Shown: positions 33,393 to 42,929 of the stretch, one piece after another
Layout: each line of letters starts with the position of its first letter
Numbering within the stretch: position 1 is the first letter of the stretch
Assembly (NCBI GenBank): GCA_963755715.1
Contig: CAVWLW010000075.1
Span: 24,483-88,482 of the forward strand
DNA: 64,000 nt
Direction of reading: 5' to 3'
Source of the DNA: an uncultured delta proteobacterium
GTDB taxonomy: Bacteria; Desulfobacterota; Binatia; UBA9968
The notes under the pieces: model-generated
What the model was told of the DNA's origin: nothing
What the model saw: the letters and a program-made list of their open reading frames with translations, nothing else
Databases searched by the model: none
Position numbers and translations under genes: made by a program

Positions 33393-34286
33393 ATGTCCCG
33401 TATTTTCAAAAATTTTCTTCTGTTCGTTTTTAGCGCGGCCATGCTGGCGCTGCCCGCGATCTATTACATCAACGCGGCCCGCGACCGACAATCCGATGAG
33501 CCCAAGCAGGTATTGACGAAATATCTTAGGTTTCTCTATGCGCGCGACTTTCGCCACGCGTATCGTTTTATCGCTAGCGAGGATCAGCGCTTGAAACCGC
33601 AAAAGGATTACGTGCGCGAGCGCGGCCCGTTTAGCGGTTTCGCGTTGGATGCGGCACGAAAGCTTTCCGGGCTGATCGAGTTAAAGCCCGTGTCGGAGCA
33701 ACCGGACGGGAAAGCGAAGCGGGTTCGAGTCGCCATGAAGCTCCCTGACGCCAACGGCGTCTCCGCGTTATTGCTCGACTGGGATGAGAAACGCTTGAAT
33801 GCTCTGCCGGCGCCGGCACAAAAGAAGATCCTCGCGGCCATCGATGATCTAACGCGCCAAAAGAAATTGCCGATGATCGAAGGCGAGGAAGAGTTCGTTT
33901 TGGTGCAAGAAAATGCGCAGTGGAAAGTCCATCTCAACTGGGCCGCCGGAGTGAAGGTCAAGTTCGCTACTGTCCTGCCACCGGGCGGTGGGATCTTAGC
34001 GGAACCGATCATCAAGGAGACCATCGCGCGCTCGGACGACTTGTTCACGATCGGCTTCAACGTAAAAAACCGCACCTCCCGCGAACTCGTCACTCGCATC
34101 GTGCACCGGGTCGAGCCGAAAGAGATGGCGCCCTATCTCGATCTCGTTGAATGCGCCCTGTTGCTGCCAGTACGGCTTCGTCCCGGCGAAGAGCAGACTT
34201 ACAACAGCACCTATGTGGTTCGCGGCGATTTGCCCGATGGGATCAAAAACCTCAATGTCACTTATGAGTTCAAAGTCGAAAATTAG
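33393..34286 (+). CDS. membrane-anchored protein with NTF2-like N-domain and CtaG/Cox11-like C-domain (paralog B)
   Basis: Colinear with 31727..32638: YARDF..AYRFI.SED, RGP.SGF.LDAARKLS, LLL.WD..RLN.LP, HRVEP...YLDLVECALLLPV. Confidence 0.6.
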   Translation: MSRIFKNFLLFVFSAAMLALPAIYYINAARDRQSDEPKQVLTKYLRFLYARDFRHAYRFIASEDQRLKPQKDYVRERGPFSGFALDAARKLSGLIELKPVSEQPDGKAKRVRVAMKLPDANGVSALLLDWDEKRLNALPAPAQKKILAAIDDLTRQKKLPMIEGEEEFVLVQENAQWKVHLNWAAGVKVKFATVLPPGGGILAEPIIKETIARSDDLFTIGFNVKNRTSRELVTRIVHRVEPKEMAPYLDLVECALLLPVRLRPGEEQTYNSTYVVRGDLPDGIKNLNVTYEFKVEN

Positions 34287-34887
34287 CCGGGCAATTTTTT
34301 TCATCCTGCTCCTCAGCGCCTTTTTGGCCTCGGTCGTTTGGGCTCATATCCCCATCCCGCCCAAAGCGCCGAGTGAAATCGGCCGCCGGCCCGTAAAAAT
34401 CGCCGTGCCTGATTTCACGCTCACCGATCAGGACGGCAAACCCTTTCGTTTCGCCGCGGCGCGGGGAAAATTGATCCTGGTCACTTTCATCTTTACGACC
34501 TGTCCAGACGTGTGTCCGCTATTGACGGCCAATTTCGCCGCGATCCAACGCGCATTGGAAGAAAAGAAAGTTAAAGACTATCTCTTGCTGAGCATCACCA
34601 CCGATCCCGAGCAAGACACGGCGCCGGTCCTGAAAGATTACGCCGGCCGCTTCAAAGCGGACCTTCGACATTGGTCGCTTCTTACCGGCACGCGCTCGGA
34701 ATTGGCCAAAGTTTGGCAGGACTTCGGCGTCCACGTGGTCAAAAACGAATCAGGCCAAGTACAGCATACGACGTTTACGACTCTGGTGGATCGCCAGGGT
34801 AATCGACGGATCGACTACTACGGCGACAAATGGCAGGACAAGGAAGTTCTAAAAGACATTCAATGGCTCGCCTCGATAAAAAAGTGA
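34264..34887 (+). CDS. SCO1/SenC family copper chaperone (no. 2)
   Basis: FIFTTCPDVCP, ITTDPEQD and QVQHT. The mature protein is predicted to start HIPIPP. Confidence 0.9.
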   Translation: MSSKSKISRAIFFILLLSAFLASVVWAHIPIPPKAPSEIGRRPVKIAVPDFTLTDQDGKPFRFAAARGKLILVTFIFTTCPDVCPLLTANFAAIQRALEEKKVKDYLLLSITTDPEQDTAPVLKDYAGRFKADLRHWSLLTGTRSELAKVWQDFGVHVVKNESGQVQHTTFTTLVDRQGNRRIDYYGDKWQDKEVLKDIQWLASIKK

Positions 34888-35451
34888 AAGCGCTGATCGC
34901 CGTTGCTTCTTGCAGCCTCCTGATCGCTTTTTGTCTTCTCTCCTTGCCGGCGCGCGCTGCCGACAACGACCAAGGCGTGTTGGAAATACAGCTCAAAGAC
35001 CATCGCGAAGCGATCGACGATTTCGCCAAGTTCGATATCACGGTCGATAAAATCCTCATCAGCCCAAAGCCGGGGCTCATGTTTTGGCAAAGCGGCTGGA
35101 AAGAGTTGACGCCGTCGACCGCAACGATCGATCTGACGCAATACATCAACAAAAAAAGCGCGCGGATTTTTCGTAGCGCGATCAACGCCGGATCGTTCGA
35201 CGCGTTGGATATCAAAATCAAGAGCAGCGAAGCCGTGCTTAAAAAAACTCGTCGAGCCGGCGCAAGTCAAAAACACCGTCGGCCCGATAAAAATCACGTT
35301 CCAAGTACCGGCAAAAGGCGAAACTCTCCTCGTGCTCGATCTCGTCGTCACCGACTTCTCCGACCACCCGCCGCGCGGCTACGAATTGGGAATCAGAGGC
35401 TACGAGCTCTACACCAACGGCAAGCTGATTCAGAAAGTTCCACCAGTCTAG
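34863..35451 (+). CDS. exported DUF4382-like beta protein (frameshift near A7 run at 35241)
   Basis: Signal peptide ending ARA; GVLEIQLKDHREAIDDF..TIDLTQY. The second frame continues VKNTVGPI...LVLDLVVTDFSDHPPRGYEL...KVPPV*. Confidence 0.55.
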
Positions 35452-35703
35452 TCCACATTCCGGAAGTTCATAGAGTCCTCTCTAATTACACCAAGCTCTT
35501 TCATTTCAACATGGTCATCGGCCTGAGGTCGCAGGACGAGCTCTATTAACTTTCTATAACTACTTTGAATAAAGGCGCGTCCTTACGAATGCTTCTGAGC
35601 ATCGCAGTCCGAATATCCTAATGACCCAAACAGTCACCGCACGTGGCAGAAACTCATCGGGATTCAATGTTCGTGATTTTACAGTCTATCGTTGATAATA
35701 CGT

Positions 35704-36207
35704 TTAACAGATTCGAAGAATTGTTTCGCGGTAACCAGACTTGCATATTTTGAAGGACGCAGGCTTGATCGAGATCGCAAAGAGAAGGGACACGAATGCA
35801 AACGAGCCTTCCGGGTACAGGCGCTGACCGATACGAAACGTGGTTAATACGCAAATCGAGAACGAAGCAATAATTGCAAGTCGAACGACGGTCCTCGGAT
35901 CACTAGCGACCATTTGAGCTATTGAATATACGCCACCCAACAAAGCGTAATACAGTGGTCCATAAAGGGTGACAAGGTAAGGCGGGCGGTTAAAGTCGGG
36001 ATACAACTGTCCAGTTGACAAGAATTCCTGAACTCGAAGTAATGTAGCGCTCTCTGGATAGCCGACGTCTCTGAAATGCACTAAGTTCGCAATAGTCGTG
36101 ACCACCGTCACGAACAGGCCCACGACCAATAGAAAACCGATAGTACCTTCGACTATCGGAAGACCATTCGGTTTTTTAGAAGACATATTTGTGTATTGTT
36201 GAGCCAT
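35704..36207 (-). pseudogene. truncated membrane protein, N-terminus of an ArnT/GT39-like glycosyltransferase
   Basis: TM plus GYPES...LYPDFNRPPYLVTLYGPLYY. Opposite strand to the island, AT-richer, and ends abruptly. Confidence 0.4.
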
Positions 36208-36325
36208 AATCTATATTAATCTTGCTACCAGAGCGCACGTGTTTGAAAGCATTTTCTCCAAAGTCTTGTCTCTACACAAACGATAAATTTATCGTTAGAA
36301 TCTCTCCTGCTTAGTTTTTCTGATC

Positions 36326-36973
36326 ATGGAAACATCAAAGACTCGGTTTATCTTGCTTGGCTTGGCCGTGGTCGGCTTGGGAATCGTCTTCGGTACGGCG
36401 CTCTGGCTCAAGCTCGGACCTCACCCGCAATTCAGCCGCGACTCGTCGAACTCGATCGACGGTTTAAATCAGTATGGCCCGGTGCCGGATTTTTCATTCA
36501 TGGAAAGAGACGGCAGCGCCGTGAGCCTGTCACAGTTGCGCGGCAAAATATGGATCGCCGATTTCATCTATACGAGTTGCACCGACACGTGCCCGTTGCA
36601 AACAGCCATGATGGCGAAGCTGCAGGAAGAGTTCGCCGGCAAGCCAGACATTCAGCTCGTGTCGTTTTCCGTCGATCCCGAGCGCGATACACCGCAGGCG
36701 TTAGCGACCTATGCGGCGAAATATCAGGCCGACGCCAAGCGCTGGTATTTTTTGACCGGGCCGCGCGACCGCGTCCTACGTTTGGTGCAAGATGGTTTTC
36801 ATCTGGCGGTGGCCGCTCTGCCCAGCGATACCGATCCGAGCGGCACGATCCCGCATAGTCCGCGCTTCGTTTTAATCGACAAACAAGCGCGCATACGCGG
36901 CTACTACGATAGCCGGGAGTTGGAAGCTTTCGTCCGGCTCAAAAACGATATTGAAACTTTGGCGAAAGGATAG
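36326..36973 (+). CDS. SCO1/SenC family copper chaperone (no. 3)
   Basis: FIYTSCTDTCP, SVDPERDTP and IPHSPRFVLID. Confidence 0.92.
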   Translation: METSKTRFILLGLAVVGLGIVFGTALWLKLGPHPQFSRDSSNSIDGLNQYGPVPDFSFMERDGSAVSLSQLRGKIWIADFIYTSCTDTCPLQTAMMAKLQEEFAGKPDIQLVSFSVDPERDTPQALATYAAKYQADAKRWYFLTGPRDRVLRLVQDGFHLAVAALPSDTDPSGTIPHSPRFVLIDKQARIRGYYDSRELEAFVRLKNDIETLAKG

Positions 36974-36976
36974 GAG

Positions 36977-37849
36977 ATGGCCAACGACAGCATACGAAAA
37001 AACAAGCAAGCGGCAGCCAAAGTGAATTTGCGCGCCGGCCCGAACTGGCTGCTGTTCGGCCTGGCGCTGCTCGGCATGGCCTTGTCCGGCTATCTCACTT
37101 TTTCAGCATGGCAAGGTAGCCGCGTCGCGTTTTGCACCCAAGGCGCCGGCTGCGATGTCGTGCTCAACAGCCGTTGGTCGACGCTCTTCGGCATGCCGAC
37201 TTCTTTTTGGGGCTTTCTCACTTATGTGCTTCTGGCCGCCGTGGCTTGGAACAAAAACGTCGTCGACCAGTGGCGTTGGGCTTGGGTAATTGCGCTGTTC
37301 GGTTTGCTCTACAGCCTTTACCTGACATCGGTCGCTTTTTTTGAATTGCAGGCCGCCTGCCCTTATTGTCTGACATCGCTCGCCTTGATGGCGACCATCT
37401 TCATCGTTACCACATTTCAGCGGCCGAAGAGCTTGGCGAAATTTTCCTGGGGTCCGTGGCTCGCGAAAACCGTCGGTGTCGCCGTCGTTGCGATCCTCGC
37501 GCTCCATCTTCACTATGCCGGCTACTGGGGCGACACTCAGGGCCCGGAAGATCCGTGGGTCCGCGCTCTTGCCGAGCATCTCTCGAAGAGCGACGCCAAA
37601 TTTTACGGGGCTTCTTGGTGTCCCCACTGTGCTCAGCAAAAGGACCTGTTTGGTGCTTCGGTCAAGCGAATTCCCTATGTTGAATGCAGCCCCGGCGGTC
37701 CGCAAGCGCCTTCGGCTCCCGTCTGCAAAGAAAAGAACATCACTACCTATCCGACCTGGATCATCAATGGACAACGCTATACCGGCGTTCAACCTTTGGA
37801 TGCGCTCGCGCAGTTGACCAATTTTAAATATCAGGGGGGCAAACCATGA
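36977..37849 (+). CDS. VKOR family thiol oxidoreductase fused to a thioredoxin-like domain
   Basis: Loop Cys pair FC..GAGCDVVLNS, active site CPYC, and C-terminal YGASWCPHC...YVEC...TYPTW. Confidence 0.92.
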   Translation: MANDSIRKNKQAAAKVNLRAGPNWLLFGLALLGMALSGYLTFSAWQGSRVAFCTQGAGCDVVLNSRWSTLFGMPTSFWGFLTYVLLAAVAWNKNVVDQWRWAWVIALFGLLYSLYLTSVAFFELQAACPYCLTSLALMATIFIVTTFQRPKSLAKFSWGPWLAKTVGVAVVAILALHLHYAGYWGDTQGPEDPWVRALAEHLSKSDAKFYGASWCPHCAQQKDLFGASVKRIPYVECSPGGPQAPSAPVCKEKNITTYPTWIINGQRYTGVQPLDALAQLTNFKYQGGKP

Positions 37850-38325
37850 TCGGGCGCGCATCGATACTCCGCACCGCGATGCTTTTGACGCTTCTCACGG
37901 CGGTGATTCCTTTTTCACCTCGGCCGGCGCGCGCCGATCCGTCAAAATATCCCGAGTTTGCCCAACAACAGTTACCCGACAATATTACGCCGGTCTTTAT
38001 TCACATCGAGGAACTGGTCACGGATTTAAAAGGCGGCGCCAAGCCGCTGATCATCGACGTACGCAGCGAAGAAGAGTTTCGCGAAGTTCATATTCTGGGC
38101 GCGGTCTCCGCGCCGCTGGGCGACTTCAAAGATTATCTCAAGAGCATTCCACGCGACCGACCGGTCGTTCTCTATTGAGCGTGCCCCCATCACCTGGCCA
38201 GTTTGGCCTATGGCATTCTCTACGAAAACGGCTATCGCAACATGAAAGTGCTCGACGAAGGCATCGTCGGCTGGTACGAAAAGCACTATCCTATGGAAGG
38301 CACCAAAGCTCCGCCGCGGTCATAA
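37846..38325 (+). CDS. exported rhodanese-like protein, predicted selenoprotein (UGA at 38176-38178)
   Basis: Signal peptide, then IIDVRS..EF..HILGA. Reading through TGA gives VVLY-U-ACPHH...GYRNMKVLDEGIVGWYEKHYP and stops 3 nt before queC. Confidence 0.85.
38179..38216 (+). promoter_or_regulatory. candidate bacterial SECIS element
   Basis: Apical stem GGCCA-(GUU)-UGGCC with a G-first loop 22 nt after the UGA; lower pairing CCAU/AUGG or GUGCC/GGCAU. Confidence 0.65.
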
Positions 38326-38328
38326 AGC

Positions 38329-39019
38329 ATGGCTGACAAATGCGCGGTGATCTTTTAGCGGTGGCGTCGACTCGGCCACCGCCGCGGCGATGGCAAGAGA
38401 GCAAGGCTTCGAGTTACACGCGCTCAGCTTTCGCTACGGCCAGCGCCACGAGCGCGAGCTCGTCTCGGCGCAGAAGATCGCAAATTATCTGCACGCCAGA
38501 TCGCACAAAGAAATTGCCTTCGATCTTCGCGCGATCGGTGGTTCCGCGCTGACCGACCGAATCGAAGTCCCCAAGCGACGCAGCGCATCAGAAATCTCCC
38601 AAGGCATTCCCATCACCTACGTGCCGGCGCGCAACACGATCTTTCTGGCATTTGCATTGGCGCTCGCCGAGCGGATCGAAGCGCAGGATATTTTTTTCGG
38701 CGCCAATCAACTCGACTATAGCGGTTACCCTGACTGTCGCGAGGAATATATTCAGGCCTTTGAACGAATGGCGAATCTCGCCACCAAGGCCGGCGTCGAA
38801 GGCAAAAGCCGGATCAGGATTCAAACACCGTTGCTCAAAATGACCAAGGCGGAAATCATCCGCGCCGGCTTAAAGCTCGGGCTCGACTACGGGCTTACGT
38901 GGAGTTGCTACGACCCGCTTGCCGATGGCCGCGCATGCGGACGATGTGACAGTTGTCAGTTAAGGTTAAAAGGGTTCGAAGAGGCCGGCGCGGTTGACCC
39001 TATTCCGTATGCCGAGTGA
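38329..39019 (+). CDS. queC: 7-cyano-7-deazaguanine synthase (frameshift in T-run near 38354)
   Basis: [33 protein letters not shown] and TWSCY...ACGRCDSC. Confidence 0.92.
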
Positions 39020-39039
39020 TTTATCGCTGTGAAAGAATT

Positions 39040-41049
39040 TTAAGATCCTGCCTGCTGAACTTCGGAAGTGTCGTCCTTAGTCACCAGTCTCTTAATGCGC
39101 CTTTCCGAGTCTACCACGGGGATCATCTGTAGATTGTACCGTTTCAAAAGCTGGTTGAGCTCTTCTTGATTCAGGTCTTCCGGGGCCGTGATCACGTCGG
39201 TGCGCATAACATCTTGGACGGTCTTATCGCCCGGCGTGAGTAGCAAATCCCTGAAAGTGACTACCCCCAGCAACCGTTCTTCAGAATCGGTCACATAGGC
39301 GTAATAGATGGTCTGGGCGCGGTCCCGAGCATCTCGGCGCAGAAAGCTAACAGCCTCGTCGACGGTCATATGAGATCGCAAGCGGGCGTAACTTGGGTTT
39401 ATCAGGCCGCTAGCCTGGTCCGCCGCGTAATCGATCAGACCTTTCACTTCCCTGCGGGTCTTGTCATCGAGTAGCGCTAAAAGTCCATCACGTTCTTCGC
39501 CGGGCGCTTCCTGGAGCACGTCCAGTGCTTCATCAGGGGCAAGCAGTCTCATCCATAATTTCCGCTCTCCGGGTGGCAGAGCTAAAGTCAGTTGGGCCTT
39601 GTCGCGGGGACTAAGGTGCAGAAAAAAATTCTCCGCGTCATCCTGCTGGAGCAGCTTAAAGCCTTCGACTCGCTCCCGTATGGAAAGGATCGCCCAGGCC
39701 TCATAGAGTTCGCTTAGAGCAAAACTTTTCTCAGCAATTTTTCCGTCCTCACTTTCTAAATATAGTTCCCCGGCGCTGTCGTCGTAGGCAAACAGCTCGG
39801 CGTGCCGTCCCCAACTGATGGCGATGTCTAACTGTTTCTCGCTCAAATCACCGAAGTCCGCTTCCAGCTTGTCGCGGAAATAATCCCACGAGACTCGGCG
39901 ATTTTCGTCCTGCTGGAGGGTTTCATAGATCCAGGCGATAACCGGCAACCGTAAGACCCGCCCGGCGATTATCGCTTTACGGCCCAGAATGGTGGCATCA
40001 GCGTACGCGCGCCCGAGCGGGGTCAGTAGCAGATCGCCTTCATGCACCGTCATGAAACCCAGCAAGTCCCCCGCCTCGACGATCGGCAAGAGATCATCGA
40101 GTTCGAGGACCAGAGCGCCGCTGATCCGGTAAAGATCGACTCGTCCGCCGTCTTCCACAAGTTTCTCCAGCAGACCGGTAAGCGCGCTGAGCTGAGCATT
40201 CGGTAAGGCCCGGGTTACGCCAGGCTGTCCAGGTTGAGTGCCAAGCGTTTCTTCCTTCGGCTTGGATTGACCGGCAACGGCCGCGTACACTTTATCGACA
40301 AGGCCTTGGAAGGCAGTATCTTTGCGTTGCCGCGGCTGACGAAGCGTGACGGGAATCTCCGTTACAATGTGACCGGGATCTTTGCCCATGATCACGATGC
40401 GATCGGCCATCAACACGGCTTCTTCAATGTTGTGAGTGACCATCAAGATAGCTTTTGTCGGGATTTTCTTTTTCAGCCATAGTTCCATCAGCTCGCCACG
40501 TAAAGCCTCGGCGGAAAGCACGTCCAACGCGGAAAAAGGTTCGTCCAAACATAACAATTCCGGCTCGACGGCCATGGCGCGGGCAAAGCCCACTTTTTGC
40601 CGCATGCCGCCGGAGAGTTCACGCGGATATGCAGATTCGAATCCGTCTAGACCGACAACGTCAATCAATTTGAGAGCGCGCTCCTTGCGAGATTCGACCG
40701 GTACCCCGCGCGCTTTCAGTGCAATTTCCACGTTCTCTTGCACCGTGAGCCAGGGATAAAGCGCAAACGTTTGAAAGACAATCGTCGTGTAGGGATTGAC
40801 GCCTTTCAACTGCTGCCCGTGATAGGAAACCACCCCAGAAGTAGCGGCGTTCAATCCTGCAATGATCCGCAGCAACGTCGATTTCCCGCACCCAGATGGC
40901 CCCAGCAAGCAGACAAATTCACCTGGCTTGATGCGGAGATTGATGTCTTTGACGGCGAGAAATTGTTTGGTTTCCAGCCGGTAAGCTTTGGTGACGCTTT
41001 GAAGGTCCAACAAATCGTCGGAGTCATTGAGTGCTGTTGCAGTAACCAT
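39040..41049 (-). CDS. NitT/TauT-family ABC ATPase (with AAA-associated C domain) fused to the MgtE N-domain and a CBS pair
   Basis: GPSGCGKST, LSGGMRQ and DEPFSALD; WGRHAELFAYD. Then EAWAILSIRERVEGF...WMRLLAPDEALDVLQEAP and CBS IYYAYVTD..LLGVV / IPVVD. GGAGG RBS. Confidence 0.85.
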   Translation of the reverse strand: MVTATALNDSDDLLDLQSVTKAYRLETKQFLAVKDINLRIKPGEFVCLLGPSGCGKSTLLRIIAGLNAATSGVVSYHGQQLKGVNPYTTIVFQTFALYPWLTVQENVEIALKARGVPVESRKERALKLIDVVGLDGFESAYPRELSGGMRQKVGFARAMAVEPELLCLDEPFSALDVLSAEALRGELMELWLKKKIPTKAILMVTHNIEEAVLMADRIVIMGKDPGHIVTEIPVTLRQPRQRKDTAFQGLVDKVYAAVAGQSKPKEETLGTQPGQPGVTRALPNAQLSALTGLLEKLVEDGGRVDLYRISGALVLELDDLLPIVEAGDLLGFMTVHEGDLLLTPLGRAYADATILGRKAIIAGRVLRLPVIAWIYETLQQDENRRVSWDYFRDKLEADFGDLSEKQLDIAISWGRHAELFAYDDSAGELYLESEDGKIAEKSFALSELYEAWAILSIRERVEGFKLLQQDDAENFFLHLSPRDKAQLTLALPPGERKLWMRLLAPDEALDVLQEAPGEERDGLLALLDDKTRREVKGLIDYAADQASGLINPSYARLRSHMTVDEAVSFLRRDARDRAQTIYYAYVTDSEERLLGVVTFRDLLLTPGDKTVQDVMRTDVITAPEDLNQEELNQLLKRYNLQMIPVVDSERRIKRLVTKDDTSEVQQAGS

Positions 41050-41068
41050 GGGATACCTCCGATGCAGA

Positions 41069-42792
41069 CTATTCCATGCGATAACGTTGTTCAGCCAATC
41101 TATAGAGGCGGCGCCAGAATGTTCGATTGATAAAAACAACCGTGATCACAAGAGCGAGCGTTGCGGCCAATAGAAGCGCATAATCACCGGTACCGGTCGC
41201 CTGCGCGATCAGCGCTCCGACCCCAGTTGTAGCGTGAGTTTCGCCGCCGAATTCAACGTGTTCAGCTACGATACTTGCATTCCAGGCGCCGCCGCTCGCC
41301 GTGATGGCTCCGGTGATGATGTATGGAAAAAGCGCGGGCAAGATCAAAGTCCGCCAGCGGTCCAGAGATGAGAGGCGAAGCAGGTCGGTGGTGTAACGCA
41401 AATCTTGCGGAATAGCCGCCGCACCCGCGATTACATTGAATAGCAAATACCACTGCGTTCCCATCAACATGAGGAGCACAGCGGCGATGTTTAAACCGCC
41501 CGGCGCTTGCAGCAGCGCCAGCAACATCACGGGGAAAAGCGCCGTCGCCGGAATGGATGCAACCACTTGCACGATTGGCTGGAGAATTGCGGCAAGACGA
41601 CGATTGGTTCCGATAAACACGCCGACCGGAATGGTCCAGATCAAAGTAATCGCGAGTGCAACGCTCACCCGAAGGAAAGTGGCGACGATGCCTTTTCCCA
41701 AATCCGCCCATGCGGAACCGGAAGAGCTAGCCAATAGGGTTGCTGCCCGATAACCTCCGTATAAAGCCCCTAGCAAGAAAGCAGTCAGGATCCCTATCGC
41801 CAGGCGAGAAGCCGTCGCGTCGCCAGACGGTTCAAGCGAGGCAATGACTCCACTCGTGCGTCGCTGAAACCCTCTGTCGACCCATTCACTAAAGGGCCGC
41901 CAGATGCGCGTGCCAAATTGCTCTATAACCCAGGCGCGCGAAATCAAATCAAGAAACCACGACCGCGGCGGCTCATCGCCTTCGACCATGTCGACTTTAA
42001 ACTTATCGGTCCAGGCAATCAGAGGCCGCCAGACAAATTGATCGAGCAAAACGATCACGAGGACCAAGGTTGCGACACCCAAAATGACAGCGCGCAGATT
42101 TCCCTCGTTAGCCGCGGTTTGCAAATACGACCCAGTCCCGGCAAGCGAAAATCTCGGCTCCCGACGTTGAAAATTTCAGCGGCCATGAGGAAAAACCAAC
42201 CGCCCGACCAACTCATCATGCTGTTCCATAGCAATCCCATCGCCGCGAACGGAAGTTCAACCGCCTTAAAGCGTAGCCAGGGATCGAAGCGAAAAACCGC
42301 GGCGGCTTCCCGCATTTCGGTCGGGATCGTGGTCATGGACTGATAAAAACTGAAGGTCATGTTCCACGCTTGCGAGGTGAAGATAAGCACGATAGCGGCA
42401 AACTCGGCGGCAAATGCTTGAGGTAGGACGGCGCTTAGACTGAGCAGGACAACCGGCAGGAATGACAGGATGGGCACACTTTGCAGCACATCCAGCACGG
42501 GCATGAGCACCGTTCGCGCGGTGCGGTTGCGCGCGGCGGCGTAACCGTAGAACAAGCTGAACAGCATGGAGAGAAAATACGCCGCCGCCATGCGTCCAAC
42601 AGAAAGCAAAGCATACCACGGCAATGCCAATGGTGAGAGAGATATATCCGGACCCGCAATGACGGCAGGGACATGGAAAGCCAAGCGCACGCCAACGTAA
42701 AGAATTGTGGAAATGCCCAGCAAGATAAGCACGTCACCAACGGTGAATGCGGGGGTTTCGAGCAGCGCTGGACTGAAGCGAAATTGACGCAC
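41069..42792 (-). CDS. NitT/TauT-family ABC permease with duplicated TM domain (frameshift near 42132)
   Basis: DVLQSVPILSFLP, FTSQAWNM, WNSMMSWSGGWFFL; second half ASIPATALFP, GTQWYLLFNVIAGA, GGAWNASIVAE. Confidence 0.88.
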
Positions 42793-42865
42793 GCTGACCT
42801 CGGCTTAGAGACCGTCCATTGCTTGGGAATGACGGCGAGGCCCGAGAGCCGTGCGGCGTCAAAGC

Positions 42866-42916
42866 CTAAGCGGGACGAGCGTAGCTACGCAAATGTGGAT
42901 TGTCCGACGAATCCAT
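42866..42916 (-). other. candidate 16-aa leader peptide (MDSSDNPHLRSYARPA) in a structured 5' leader
   Basis: Lies between a TTGACT-N17-TAGTTT promoter and hairpins that cover the permease RBS. Confidence 0.4.
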
Positions 42917-42929
42917 AGTTTCTGTAAAA

